A stretch of 64,000 nt of DNA from an uncultured Akkermansia sp. (GTDB lineage: Bacteria > Verrucomicrobiota > Verrucomicrobiia > Verrucomicrobiales > Akkermansiaceae). The notes beneath the pieces are model-generated. The model was not told the origin of the DNA and ran no database searches. It saw only the letters and a program-made list of their open reading frames with translations. The stretch covers positions 9,884-73,883 of the forward strand of contig CAYWNS010000001.1 in assembly GCA_964459715.1 (NCBI GenBank), in the 5' to 3' direction. The translations under genes and the position numbers were made by a program. This document shows positions 1 through 10,134 of the stretch, piece after piece; positions within the stretch are counted from its first letter, which is position 1, and each line of letters opens with the position of its first letter.

Positions 1-2
1 AG

Positions 3-224
3 GCAGGGAAAGAAGCAGCCAACTCTTTCCTGCAACTGCTGGCACGCGTGCGGGAGCAGCTGAGTACCACTCCTGTCACCGCCGCGCAGGTCGCCGCCAC
101 CCTCGGCGCAGATGAGGAGGACACCTACCACGCGCTCGTGCATTTGGCAGAAAGCGGTAGGGCGCACCATGAGATGGGAAGCGACCCGCAACACGACAGC
201 TTTTGCCGCGTTCCCGCCCCGTAA
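3..224 (+). CDS. pgi: Glucose-6-phosphate isomerase, C-terminal part (gene enters from left edge)
   Basis: Frame 3 reads AGKEAANSFLQLLARVREQL...YHALVHLAESGR...PAP-stop (TAA 222-224). This resembles the (QPGVE)AGKKAA-led C-terminal tail of cyanobacterial/PVC-type Pgi. Not in the ORF track. Confidence 0.6.
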   Translation, partial: AGKEAANSFLQLLARVREQLSTTPVTAAQVAATLGADEEDTYHALVHLAESGRAHHEMGSDPQHDSFCRVPAP

Positions 225-295
225 CGCCCCCCCCTGCCTCTTTTAAGCAGTCGGAAAAGCGGGATGCGGCATCAGTCATGTCCTCGTCGTTCGCG

Positions 296-799
296 ATGAA
301 AGATACATTCAGTCAGCTGGTTCGCCTGGGACTTTGCATTGCGGTACTTGCCGTGCTACTTTACGCGCTCGACGCCCTCTACTTTGCCCACCGACGGTTG
401 CCGCCCTGTCTTCCGGAAAAAATACCGGTTGGGCACATTTGCCCGGAAACCCTGTTGCGCGCTCAGCAGATCGCCGGGAAACCGGATCAGTACAACATCG
501 TGTGGGTAGATGCCCGAAGCGAGAGCGATTACGAGCTCAACCACCTCATCCTGCCGGGCAATCGCGTATTTCCTATCCGCCCGGGCGCATCCATGCAACA
601 ACTCCTAGACGAAGCCATCGAGCGGCTCATGGCTGCTCAGGAGCACGGAGAATGCATCGTCGTTTTCTGCACGGAAAGCTGCAATTCCTCCGACCAAATT
701 GCCGCAGAACTCCGCAATACGGGGCTCATTCAAGCTCCGATTTATGTTCTGGAAGGAGGATGGTCTGCCCTCAAACGAGTCGGTCTCGTTCGCGAATAG
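296..799 (+). CDS. Membrane-anchored rhodanese-like domain protein
   Basis: N-terminal hydrophobic helix, then VWVDARSESDY..H, IVVFCTESC and VLEGGW rhodanese motifs. Start at ATG 296 (or 278). Confidence 0.75.
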   Translation: MKDTFSQLVRLGLCIAVLAVLLYALDALYFAHRRLPPCLPEKIPVGHICPETLLRAQQIAGKPDQYNIVWVDARSESDYELNHLILPGNRVFPIRPGASMQQLLDEAIERLMAAQEHGECIVVFCTESCNSSDQIAAELRNTGLIQAPIYVLEGGWSALKRVGLVRE

Positions 800-841
800 C
801 CACCCTTAGCGCGGGTGCGCCCATCCGCACGCCGTACTTTC

Positions 842-932
842 ACTTTCTTCAAATCACTCAATGAATTTTCTTCAAATCACCAAATAAAAGTGCTGCAAAT
901 CGCTAAATAAATTTTCTTCAAATCGCCAAACT
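842..932. repeat. Four imperfect 23-bp tandem repeats followed by a very AT-rich tract
   Basis: T(T/G)CAAATC cores at 848, 871, 894 and 917 (exact 23-bp period). AT-rich sequence follows at 933-1030. Confidence 0.85.
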
Positions 933-1045
933 GAAAATATAATAGCTTGATAATAAAAGTATAAAAATTTTATAAATTATTATGAATTTTGTGCTTGAAA
1001 AAGGAAGGAAAAACGCATAAAATTTGTGACAAAAAACGGGGAACT

Positions 1046-2329
1046 ATGGCGAAGGTAAATTACAGATAACGGCTGTCGGACCCTCTGCTCCGGGAGATGC
1101 TGGAGAGCACGGGTGCCGTGTTGATTGAAGGACCCAAGTGGTGCGGAAAGACAACCTCTGCCGAAAACATCGCCCGGACTGTAGTCAAGCTGGATGCGCT
1201 GGACGAGCGGGAGCGCACACTCCGGACGGCACGGACAGAGCTGCAGCGTTTGTTGAAGGGGGAACCACCGGTGCTGCTGGATGAATGGCAACTCGCGCCA
1301 CCCCTGTGGGACGCCGTGAGGTACGAAGCGGACAAACGCGGTGAGGACGGGCAATTCATCCTCACCGGCTCGGCAGTACCCGCCGATATGTCCCAAGTGC
1401 ACCACTCCGGCACGGGAAGGTTTGCCGTGCTGCGGATGCGTCCGATGTCGCTGTACGAATCCGGCGAATCAACCGGCGAAGTTTCCTTGTCTGAGCTTTT
1501 TGCCGGAAAACAAAAATTGTGGGCGGAATGCGAAATGGACTTTGACCGCCTAGCGTACTTGATCGCGCGCGGCGGCTGACCTCGCGCCGTTACCCAATCC
1601 GGGCGACTCGCCCTGCGACAAGCCCGTAATTACTACGACCTCGTCGTGCGAACGGATATTTCGCGGGTGGATGGGGTAAAGCGCAGCGAAGTTCAAGTAG
1701 CGGCACTCATGCGCTCTTACGCCCGCCTCGTCGGCACTCAAGCCAAATTGACCAAGTTGGTAGCAGATGTGCAGGAAGAAGGCGGCACGCGTATCTCGAC
1801 CAATACGGTGGCTTCCTACCTGAAATCCCTAGAAAAGATATTTGTACTCGAAGAGGCGGAAAATTGGTCGCCAAGCCTACGCGCGCGGGCAACTTTGCGC
1901 GTGGGTAGAACCCACTACTTCACGGATCCCTCTTTCGCCGTAGCGGCGTTCGGGGCAGGACCGCAGGAGCTCATCAACGACCTGCCGAGCATGGGATTTC
2001 TCTTTGAAAACCTCGCCGTGCGGGACCTACGTGTCTATGCCGACACCCTAGATGGCAAAGTACACCACTATTTGAACAACAATGGATTGGAAATCGATGC
2101 CATCATCCGTTTGCACAATGGGCACTACGGTTTAGTCGAAATCAAACTGGGTGGGGATGACCGCAGCATTGACGAAGCCGCCGCCCTCCTTACCAAGTTC
2201 GCGTCTATGGTCAATACGGAACGTTCCCCGGCTCCGTCCTTCCTCATGGTGCTCACCGGATTAGGTCGCATCGCCTACCGTCGCGACGATGGAGTTTTCG
2301 TCGTCCCCATAGCAACGTTGAAAAACTGA
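1046..2329 (+). pseudogene. AAA_14/DUF4143 ATP-binding protein, interrupted by two in-frame nonsense codons
   Basis: A single frame runs from ATG 1046: MAKVNYR*(TAA 1067)RLSDP...EGPKWCGKTT (Walker A), LLDEWQ (Walker B), ARGG*(TGA 1577, where GGWP is expected)P..., and a C-terminal EIDAII...EIKLG PD-(D/E)xK-like tail. Confidence 0.85.
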
Positions 2330-2393
2330 ACAACGGCAGGCTTAGACGAATGGTATACATTTTGGGACAGGTGCGATTGGGCGCGCCTGTGGG

Positions 2394-2900
2394 TCACAGG
2401 TGGGTTCGGAGGGCGTACAGTCCCGCGTAAATGCGGGGGTCGACAGCTTTGCCCGCAGCACGCTGCATTTCCAGCCATGTATCCACTGAGGACTCAGGGA
2501 CAACATGCACGGTGATGCGTTCGTTCTGCACACCGCCGCCTTCGCTGCGTTTGACGAGACCCGTAGCAAGGAAAAAAGAAAGGTACTCCGACGTGATTCC
2601 CGGGGAGGACGGTCCGTCATAGAGGAAACGCATTTCACTCGCCTCGTAACCGGTCTCTTCCAGCAACTCGCGGCGGGCAGCTGCTTCGGTGTCCTCCGTC
2701 CCGGTGTCACCGACGAGCCCGGCAGGGAAGCAGATGCACTGTCGGGCGATTGGGGGACGGAACTCCTCTACCAGCAGGATGCCGCCCTCCCGCGTCCGCG
2801 CAAAAATCATGGCGGCAGAGGTTTGGTGTACACGCTCACAAAACTCCCAGTGCCCTTCACGCACGAGATTAACAAACTTCCCGCGATAGAGAGCCTCCAT
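2394..2900 (-). CDS. NUDIX hydrolase (ADP-ribose pyrophosphatase-like)
   Basis: Nudix box PAGLVG...[14 protein letters not shown] and SPG motif. Start [10 protein letters not shown] at 2900. Confidence 0.85.
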   Translation of the reverse strand: MEALYRGKFVNLVREGHWEFCERVHQTSAAMIFARTREGGILLVEEFRPPIARQCICFPAGLVGDTGTEDTEAAARRELLEETGYEASEMRFLYDGPSSPGITSEYLSFFLATGLVKRSEGGGVQNERITVHVVPESSVDTWLEMQRAAGKAVDPRIYAGLYALRTHL

Positions 2901-2905
2901 GGCAC

Positions 2906-3757
2906 CTACTCCCGCACAAGCTTCTGGAAGCGTTCTAGGATGCGCTTGGTAACGGCACCGGCACGCCCCGTGCCAATGGTGCGCCCATCCAGACTTGTGG
3001 CGGCTATCACTTCCGCCGCCGTACCCGTCAGGAAACATTCATCGGCGCAAATGATGTCAAAGCGGTTCAGCACGCGCTCTTCACACGGGATACCCAGCTC
3101 CACACAGATGTCCTGCACAGCGTGGCGAGTAATCCCGCCGAGGGCTCCTTCTGTGAGCGGAGGGGTCAGCACCACACCGTTTTTGACGATAAAGAGATTA
3201 TCGCCGGTACATTCCGCGACATTGCCACGTTGATTGAGCATGAGAGCCTCACCGGCACCCTGCTGCACTGCTTCAATCTTGGCGGAGATGCTGTTGAGGT
3301 AATTGAGACTCTTGACCTGCTGACAGAGCACGTCCGGATTCGGGCGGCGGTAGGAGCTCGTAATCAGACTCAGTCCGTTTTCATACATTTCCTTGGGATA
3401 CAGCGCGATGTCCTGTGCGATGATGAACATGCTCGGTTTCGGACAATTCCAAGGGTTCAGCCCTAGGTCCCCCGCCCCGCGAGTTACCACCAACCGGATA
3501 TACCCATCCTGCATGCCGCTCGCGTCCACGGTTTTCTGCGTCGCCGCGCATACCTCGTCAAACTTCCACGGACATTCAATGAGTAGGTATCGCATCCCGT
3601 TGAATAGACGCACGATGTGCTCCTCCAAGCGAAATATTTTGCCGGAGTAAAAACGGATACCCTCAAAACAGCCATCTCCGTACAGAGTCGCGTGGTCAAA
3701 CACTGAAGTTCTCGCCTCCTGCTCTTCTACCAATTTTCCGTCAAGCCAAATTTTCAT
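2906..3757 (-). CDS. ilvE: Branched-chain amino acid aminotransferase
   Basis: [17 protein letters not shown] (PLP lysine), [14 protein letters not shown] and FLTGTAAEV motifs. Confidence 0.95.
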   Translation of the reverse strand: MKIWLDGKLVEEQEARTSVFDHATLYGDGCFEGIRFYSGKIFRLEEHIVRLFNGMRYLLIECPWKFDEVCAATQKTVDASGMQDGYIRLVVTRGAGDLGLNPWNCPKPSMFIIAQDIALYPKEMYENGLSLITSSYRRPNPDVLCQQVKSLNYLNSISAKIEAVQQGAGEALMLNQRGNVAECTGDNLFIVKNGVVLTPPLTEGALGGITRHAVQDICVELGIPCEERVLNRFDIICADECFLTGTAAEVIAATSLDGRTIGTGRAGAVTKRILERFQKLVRE

Positions 3758-3781
3758 ATACGTAGCCTTGGTTACGTCCCC

Positions 3782-3809
3782 ATTATAGGACAAAATGCCC
3801 GCATGTGAA
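3782..3809 (-). promoter_or_regulatory. Putative sigma70 promoter of ilvE
   Basis: TTCACA-16-TATAAT on the minus strand. Confidence 0.55.
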
Positions 3810-3841
3810 GAAAAAAATTCGCCAATGTACCAAACAAACTC

Positions 3842-4126
3842 CACATCTGTCCCAAATAAATGAGAGGCTCAGTAGTGGGCGATGACTTTGCGACAGGGAA
3901 ACAGGGAGGGGAATGGAAGTACGAGGTACGGAGTACGAAGTGAAGGAGTTAGGCGCAACAAGGTTGCGCGGAGAGGGACGATGAACGCAAAGCGGGAACC
4001 TCGCGTGGGGAACAAACCAATATGCGCCCGTGAGGATGGAGCCCCCCCCTAGTACGCAGAGCATCTGTAACCCGCATGGAGATCAGCATTGCGGCGTTTC
4101 CCGAGAATTCTGTCGGGACAGGTGTG
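3842..4126 (+). mobile_element. Family I MITE-like repeat, copy 1
   Basis: CACATCTGTCCCAAATAAAT ... heptamer x3 ... GTTAGGCGCAAC-aag-GTTGCGC ... GGGACAGGTGTG. Confidence 0.85.
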
Positions 4127-4232
4127 TACTCGCGTGGAGTATTTGCATCGCACGTGCGCCCCGCGTGGAACCATTGCGCTACTCAAACACCGCTCTCCGG
4201 TTTCGCATACTTCGTACTTCCTTTTGCTATGC

Positions 4233-4261
4233 TTGATGTATGCTCTCTTTCATGCTATACT
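4233..4261 (+). promoter_or_regulatory. Putative sigma70 promoter of trkH-trkA-HAD operon
   Basis: TTGATG-17-TATACT with an extended -10 TG. It overlaps the ATG at 4240, which favours a start at 4285. Confidence 0.55.
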
Positions 4262-4284
4262 GCGCACGGCGTATTGCGGCAGAC

Positions 4285-6480
4285 ATGGATCAAGCACACA
4301 GGAAACGCGTGGCTTTAGAACTCACGGATGTTTTCACCGGAGGGCTCATCTTATTCGTTGTCCTCTGTGCTCTTTGCATCGTGCGCGAGCATAAGCTCAT
4401 TTTTGAGTACGGGTTGCATATCGTGCTGGCTGTGCTCGTTTGGCTCAACACGCTGTACGTATCGGTGCGCACCGGCTTTCGCATATTATACGGATGGAGG
4501 TGGCACGCGCCGAGTCGGAACGACATCCTGCTCCTTCTGCTTGTGCTCGTCAACTCCCTCCTCTTCGGTGGACTCGTAAGTATTGGGAGGGACTTGTTGT
4601 CAAATAGTGCCCTGTTTTTGTACTTGCTGCTTTGCCTAAGTCTTTGCTTGGCACAGGGCACCTACGCCGTGGTGCGCATGAAGGGAGTCCTAGCCCGCTT
4701 GGAACCCGCGCAAAAGAAGCGATTATCTTGGGAGTTGGCAGACATTTTTCACGGCGTCCTCTCCTTGGCTATCATGCTTTACGCCGCCTGTTTTGTGAAA
4801 GATCAGGAACTCTTTCTCGACCTGCACCTGCACATTTTTCTGGCGGTGCTCGTGTGGGGCAACACATTGCACGTGGCAGGGCGATTCGGATGCCGCCGGA
4901 TCAGCGAAAAGAAGTGGCGGTTACCGGAACGCAAAGACCTTTGGCGCATCGCATTTCTGCTCGGTGCTTCAGGGCTCTTTCTAGGCGTCGTGGGAGGTGT
5001 TTTTCCGCCGGACCACCTGTACTGCGGTATACCCCTGTGCATCATCCTCAGTATTTTCTCCCTTGCCCGCGCCGTAGAAGTTGCCCGCGAGCTGCGCCCG
5101 GAGATTGAAGAGAGCTCGTACAAAGCGAAACGTTGGTCTTCTGCCTTTATCTTTTTTTTGCTGATGACGGGATGGGTTCTGGTAAGCTCCGTACTTCTCC
5201 TTATGCCGAGTGCCCATGTTCAAGACCTATCCTTCGTCGAGGCACTCTTTACCTGCGCGAGTGCCACCTCCATCACGGGGTTGAGCTGCATCAATGTAGG
5301 CACGTCACTTTCTTGGCTCGGTCAACTCATCGTGCTGATGGACTTTCAAGTCGGTGCTATTGGGGTGATGACCTTCACCTACTTCATCATGATGATGATC
5401 GGCAACCGCCTGAGCGCGAAAGAAAGCAATGACCTCACCACCGCGTGGGAGCAGAGCACCCAAGGCACTATCCGCTCCCTCCTCAAAATTGTCGTTGGAG
5501 TAACCTTGTTCATTGAAGCCATTGGGGCACTCCTGCTCTATTTTTTGTGGCGAGGCGTAGACGGAGTCCCCCAAGAATATTTGCTTTCGTACGCTGTCTT
5601 CCATTCTGTCTCCGCTTTTTGTAATGCTGGGATTACGCTTTTCCCGAACAGCATGGCATCCACGGGGGTGAGTTCGTGCTATGCCGCCCAAACTGTGGTT
5701 CTGTTGCTCATCACCGCCGGTACTCTGGGATTCGGCATCTATCGTGAAGCCTTTGTGCGATTGCGGGAACGTATGCATGGGAGGAAAAATATCCGCAGGT
5801 GGAGTACCTACTCTTGGTTGGTCGTGCGCGTGACAAGTGTTGTGCTGCTGGGCGGCACCCTTATCCTCGCTCTTATCAGTTGGCTCGAACCCTCCACTCA
5901 TGGCTTCAGTTTCTGGGAAAGTATCTGGAATACTGTGGGTCGCTCCGCCGGTTTTAACCTCGCGGAGGATATCAATCAGTATGGACCGGTGTACAAACTC
6001 TTCATGTGCGTGCTCATGTTTGTCGGTGGTAACCCCGCCGGTACCGGCGGCGGTGTCTTTGCCCCCGTTGTAGCCCTCTGTGTGCTGGAGGTTTTCCGAG
6101 TGCTGCGCGGGCAGCAGGACGTACAAATCCATGCTCGCCGCGTTGCTCGCGCCACTGTGGAGCGCGCGATGGCCACCGTCGTGCTCTCGGTGATTTGGAT
6201 TACCGCCATGACGATGTTGCTACTGCTGTTTGAGGAGTGGGGACACGGACGGGAGACGGGGAACCATGTCTTTGATGTACTTTTCCTCGAAGTCAGCGCG
6301 TTTACAACTACGGGATATTCCCTCATGGACCCGGCAAACCTATCCGTGGCTTCGAAGCTACTCCTTTCACTGAATATGCTCTTCGGACGCATGGGAATGT
6401 TCACCTTCATGCTCCTCTTTATCACCCCCAAACCACCGCAACCCTTTCGTTACCCGGAAACGAACCTCCCCCTCAATTAA
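4285..6480 (+). CDS. trkH: TrkH/KtrB potassium uptake membrane protein with duplicated N-terminal membrane extension
   Basis: Pore-loop motifs SATSITG, SAFCNAG, GRSAG, SAFTTTG; GGNPAGTGGG; MLFGRMG; C-terminal FRYPE. Confidence 0.9.
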   Translation: MDQAHRKRVALELTDVFTGGLILFVVLCALCIVREHKLIFEYGLHIVLAVLVWLNTLYVSVRTGFRILYGWRWHAPSRNDILLLLLVLVNSLLFGGLVSIGRDLLSNSALFLYLLLCLSLCLAQGTYAVVRMKGVLARLEPAQKKRLSWELADIFHGVLSLAIMLYAACFVKDQELFLDLHLHIFLAVLVWGNTLHVAGRFGCRRISEKKWRLPERKDLWRIAFLLGASGLFLGVVGGVFPPDHLYCGIPLCIILSIFSLARAVEVARELRPEIEESSYKAKRWSSAFIFFLLMTGWVLVSSVLLLMPSAHVQDLSFVEALFTCASATSITGLSCINVGTSLSWLGQLIVLMDFQVGAIGVMTFTYFIMMMIGNRLSAKESNDLTTAWEQSTQGTIRSLLKIVVGVTLFIEAIGALLLYFLWRGVDGVPQEYLLSYAVFHSVSAFCNAGITLFPNSMASTGVSSCYAAQTVVLLLITAGTLGFGIYREAFVRLRERMHGRKNIRRWSTYSWLVVRVTSVVLLGGTLILALISWLEPSTHGFSFWESIWNTVGRSAGFNLAEDINQYGPVYKLFMCVLMFVGGNPAGTGGGVFAPVVALCVLEVFRVLRGQQDVQIHARRVARATVERAMATVVLSVIWITAMTMLLLLFEEWGHGRETGNHVFDVLFLEVSAFTTTGYSLMDPANLSVASKLLLSLNMLFGRMGMFTFMLLFITPKPPQPFRYPETNLPLN

Positions 6481-6495
6481 CCTTCCTCAGCTTCT

Positions 6496-7221
6496 ATGTC
6501 TCATAAAAAAAAGTTTGTCATTATCGGCATCGGTCAATTCGGTAAAGCACTCGCACTGCTCCTACGCAAGCACGGATGCGAAGTAACCGCCATTGATAAA
6601 CGCAAAGACGCGATCGATGGAATCAAGGATCGAGTATCTGTAGCAAAGATTGGGGACGCAACGAACGACGCTTTGCTGGACAGTCTAGATTTGGACGAGA
6701 ACACCCACATCATTGTGGCAGTGGGAGAAAGTCTTGAGAGTGCGCTTCTCATTGCCGCCCACCTCAAAATTAAAAAGAAGGTCGATGTGCGAAATATCCA
6801 CGTCCGCACAGTCAACATGCTGCAGAATGAGATGCTCAAACTGATGGGCATCACGGACTTATTCTTCGTGGAGGAAGAAGCTGCTCGCCGCCTCGCTCCT
6901 CGTTTCATGAACCAAGACTTCATCAGTCTCACAAGCATCGACTCCACGCATTCCCTAGCCGAGGTCCGTCTGCCTGAAACTTTGGTTGGTAAAACACTCA
7001 TGGAAAGCGAGTTGCGATCAAAATACCACCTCAATCTCATCACTGTCCGGCGCGGGCTAGTCCCCTCCCATGTCACATCTGACGAGGACACGGTACAACC
7101 TGAGCAACCCGTTATCGGAACGCCGGAACCCTCTATGGTCTTTCAGCAGGGGGACATCCTCGTCCTCTTCGGCAAGGAAAGTCACATGCGGGAGTTTCTC
7201 GAAAAATTCCCGGCATCGTGA
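6496..7221 (+). CDS. trkA: TrkA/KtrA NAD-binding regulatory subunit
   Basis: IIGIGQFG Rossmann motif, GDAT, and a C-terminal RCK_C domain (GKTL..ELRSKYHLNLI; GDILVLFG). Confidence 0.9.
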   Translation: MSHKKKFVIIGIGQFGKALALLLRKHGCEVTAIDKRKDAIDGIKDRVSVAKIGDATNDALLDSLDLDENTHIIVAVGESLESALLIAAHLKIKKKVDVRNIHVRTVNMLQNEMLKLMGITDLFFVEEEAARRLAPRFMNQDFISLTSIDSTHSLAEVRLPETLVGKTLMESELRSKYHLNLITVRRGLVPSHVTSDEDTVQPEQPVIGTPEPSMVFQQGDILVLFGKESHMREFLEKFPAS

Positions 7222-7886
7222 TGAGTCAGGACTTTTCTCCGCCGCGCATCCTCCTGCCATCCCGCAGGTACGGCGGTTATATTTTTGATTTGGACGGCAC
7301 GTTGGTCGACAGCATGCCCCTGCATTTTCGCGCATGGCAGACGGCATTGCGCACTGCCGGTGCGCCGGATGATATCTTCCCGTGGTCAGAATTTTTTGCG
7401 CATGGCGGCATGGCGGCTGTGGACATCGTGCGCGATCTCAATCGCAAGTTCGCCCTTCACCTGCCCCCACAGCAAACGGCAGACAGCAAACGCACCTGTT
7501 ATGCCACTCTGTCGGAGCAGGAGGTGCTGCCGGTCATCCCAGAAACTCTCGCCCTTGTACATGCCCTGCGCGCGGAGCACATTCCTTATGCCATCGGCAC
7601 CGGCAGTACGCTCTCCGGAGCTCTCCAAACCCTTCGTGCCGCCCGCATCGATGCTCTCTTCCCCATCATTGTCACCCCGGATGACGTGCCTCGCGGTAAA
7701 CCCGCACCGGATATTTTCCTGAAAGCGGCAGAGCGCATGGGGGTTCCTCCTTCTGAGTGCGTGGTTTTTGAAGATGCCGCTCCCGGGCTTCGTGCAGCTG
7801 CCGCCGCCGGAATGACCGCCGTTGCCATCCCCCCAAGCCCCCCACCCATCACATCTGTCCCGAGGAAACAGAACGCTCAGTGGTGA
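7221..7886 (+). CDS. HAD-family phosphatase (beta-phosphoglucomutase/YqaB-like)
   Basis: FDLDGTLVDS, KPAPDIFL and VVFEDA..G motifs. The stop codon lies inside repeat copy 2. Confidence 0.9.
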   Translation: MSQDFSPPRILLPSRRYGGYIFDLDGTLVDSMPLHFRAWQTALRTAGAPDDIFPWSEFFAHGGMAAVDIVRDLNRKFALHLPPQQTADSKRTCYATLSEQEVLPVIPETLALVHALRAEHIPYAIGTGSTLSGALQTLRAARIDALFPIIVTPDDVPRGKPAPDIFLKAAERMGVPPSECVVFEDAAPGLRAAAAAGMTAVAIPPSPPPITSVPRKQNAQW

Positions 7887-8120
7887 GCGATAACTTTGCG
7901 GCAGGGAAACGCGAGGGAAATCAAGTACGAAGTACGAAGCGGAGGAGTTAGGCGCAACGTGGTCGCGCGGGGAAGACGGTGGGCGCGAAGCCGGAACAAT
8001 GCGTGGATGACAAATCAAGGTTCCCGCAAGATTGATGCCCCTGTAATATGTAGAGCATCTGGAAACCGCACAGTGATTAGCATTGCGGCGGTCTTCAGAG
8101 ATTTTTTTGGGACAGGTGTG
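7850..8120 (+). mobile_element. Family I MITE-like repeat, copy 2 (diverged), between convergent genes
   Basis: CACATCTGTCCC at 7850, heptamer x2, GGCGCAAC-gtg-GTCGCGC, GGGACAGGTGTG ending at 8120. Confidence 0.85.
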
Positions 8121-10113
8121 AGCGCAAAGCAGGAGGGGAGGGTGTGCGTTCCATCTCCTTGACGTGAGATTCAATGAACGCGATCACAGTTTTGTCTAAA
8201 CCGTATTTTGCGTAGAGCTGACGATCGATATCCGCTATGCTTTTTGCCCAGTCGATGTCAGATGTGGGGGAGAAGTCTTGGAGGGGGACGTAACGCCACT
8301 TTTCCGGGGGATTGTTTGGGGTAATCTTCAACAGACCGAGCAGAGCTCGCACAAACTTCGTTTTCACGTATTTGAGGCAATTTTCTGCCTCTACCTGTGA
8401 TACAAAGGCACCGATACCCATGAACGATTGAGTGTACCCTACGGCAGGCTCCCCGACAAGCGGTTCCCCAATGAGAGACGTGGACGAGGATTCACCGATA
8501 GCCGCGCTCCCGTTAGACCTCGGTAACAAGACTTTCCACCTATCTAGGTTCCCGTTGTCCTCTATGTAGCACCTCGCGATGTAACGATAGCACCGACGGT
8601 TGCCGTCTACGATTCCTAAAACTCTTATATCATCGGCATCGGAGCGTTCGTCGTGGAACACCGACAGCTTTTCAAACGAGCTGCTGACAACCCGGCGTTC
8701 CCGACCGTCATTGCTGATGAGAGAGCGAAACTCCGGGAAGTCTGCGTAAAGACGCCCTAGGTCGAAGCGATTTTGCGGGAACATGATGCCCGAAAAAGCC
8801 GATTTGCGCACGTATGGAGAGATTTTTGCAGCCAACGCACGCATCTCTTCGAAACTGAAGAAAACGCCGATAGCACCGTACCTTTTGCGCGTGTCCCGGT
8901 AAGTGACAGCAAGCCCGCCCATAATCTCGGTACCGGCAAACACTTTGCTACTGCTGGGGTAGAATTGCACCACCTTGAGATGCGGGTCGGCAAGCATCTT
9001 TTTGTTCCATGCTTTCGGGGTTTTCCCTGCATTGAACAGGAAGCGCGCTGGTGTAATTAGCAGGACCCTATCAGAGAGGCAGTATGCCGCGTCCATCAAG
9101 AGATGATAGAGGGGCATATCCGACGTCCTCTCCGTTTCATCGTGATACGGCGGATTCCCAATGATGAAGTCAAACTCTATATCTTTTTTTCTCTTTTTCA
9201 GTTGGTTATATTCTATACTACGCCCCGACCGCCAATCGAAGATGCGGCAGGGATGGCGGACCTCTCGCGACTGAGCGGCTTGGGCGAAGGGGCGCAAACC
9301 GGAGAGCCCGTCCATTTGCCAGATATTCCACGCTAGGATGTCCAGCAACCGACGGTACTCTTTCCGGGAGGGGAGTCTGCCCAACTTTGCTCGCATATAC
9401 TCCTCGAAGGATAGCAACACATTCAGACGCGCCAGCAGGACATTATCGCCCTGAAATTCGTAACCGTACGTTGCTTGCAGTGCCCGAAATGCCCATTCGA
9501 GCCGGTCGCCCTCTGCGGCGGTATATTCTGTCACGACACGCAGTTTGCGGTCGAGGATACCGACACGGGAAAACGGAGGGACGAGGAAGCCGGAAGAGAC
9601 ATCGTACCGAGACACCAAGTACGGGGCTTCACCGCAGGTGATTTCCATGCGGCGGGAGAGAACAAATTGCTGCCAGATCAGGTCCTTCGGAAAGCGTACC
9701 CGAGGGGCATCGAAAACACCTCCTCGCCCAAACCATTCCGCTTCCATAAAATCGTTCATTTTCTTGACAACCCACAAGGGAGTGAAGACCTCCGCATGGG
9801 ACCTCGTGCGCTCCGAGCGGGCGTTCGATTCCTTTGCCGCACGTGTCATCAAACGGAAAGGCGGGCGCAGCAGGAGCTCCGGGGTCACCGGGGCTGTGCG
9901 GGCGAAAGCATCACCCCATGCCGCGTAGGCATCCGTCGCCCAAATGATGGGCGAACCGGAGCTTTTATCAATGAGCAGCGACTCCAACAAGCCCAATTCA
10001 TGTAGGCGGCGAACCGCACTCTCCTCCGGGCTACACACGCCCGCCGCGTACGCAAATACCTGCTGCGTGCAGCAACTCACCACCGCTTTCCTCCATCGCT
10101 CCTTACGCTGCAT
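8095..10113 (-). CDS. Eco57I-like N6-adenine DNA methyltransferase (restriction-modification type), apparently orphan
   Basis: AEVFTP, MEITCGEAPYL (motif I-like), YGYEFQGD, FDFIIGNPPY (motif IV), and a C-terminal WRYVPLQDF...IDRQLYAKYGL specificity-type tail. Confidence 0.85.
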   Translation of the reverse strand: MQRKERWRKAVVSCCTQQVFAYAAGVCSPEESAVRRLHELGLLESLLIDKSSGSPIIWATDAYAAWGDAFARTAPVTPELLLRPPFRLMTRAAKESNARSERTRSHAEVFTPLWVVKKMNDFMEAEWFGRGGVFDAPRVRFPKDLIWQQFVLSRRMEITCGEAPYLVSRYDVSSGFLVPPFSRVGILDRKLRVVTEYTAAEGDRLEWAFRALQATYGYEFQGDNVLLARLNVLLSFEEYMRAKLGRLPSRKEYRRLLDILAWNIWQMDGLSGLRPFAQAAQSREVRHPCRIFDWRSGRSIEYNQLKKRKKDIEFDFIIGNPPYHDETERTSDMPLYHLLMDAAYCLSDRVLLITPARFLFNAGKTPKAWNKKMLADPHLKVVQFYPSSSKVFAGTEIMGGLAVTYRDTRKRYGAIGVFFSFEEMRALAAKISPYVRKSAFSGIMFPQNRFDLGRLYADFPEFRSLISNDGRERRVVSSSFEKLSVFHDERSDADDIRVLGIVDGNRRCYRYIARCYIEDNGNLDRWKVLLPRSNGSAAIGESSSTSLIGEPLVGEPAVGYTQSFMGIGAFVSQVEAENCLKYVKTKFVRALLGLLKITPNNPPEKWRYVPLQDFSPTSDIDWAKSIADIDRQLYAKYGLDKTVIAFIESHVKEMERTPSPPALRSHLSQKNL

Positions 10114-10134
10114 CGTCCTAGGGATGGTGAGGTG

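Noticed and set aside
1577-1579. TGA=Trp recoding or selenocysteine
   Set aside because: TGA terminates many normal genes here (nuoD, ilvC, rho), and the same gene also has a premature TAA.
3945-3970. Integron attC sites, suggested by the GTTAGGC core in every family I copy
   Set aside because: No matching RYYYAAC inverse core or L boxes upstream, the flanking genes are mostly housekeeping, TIRs/TSD indicate transposition, and no integrase is present.
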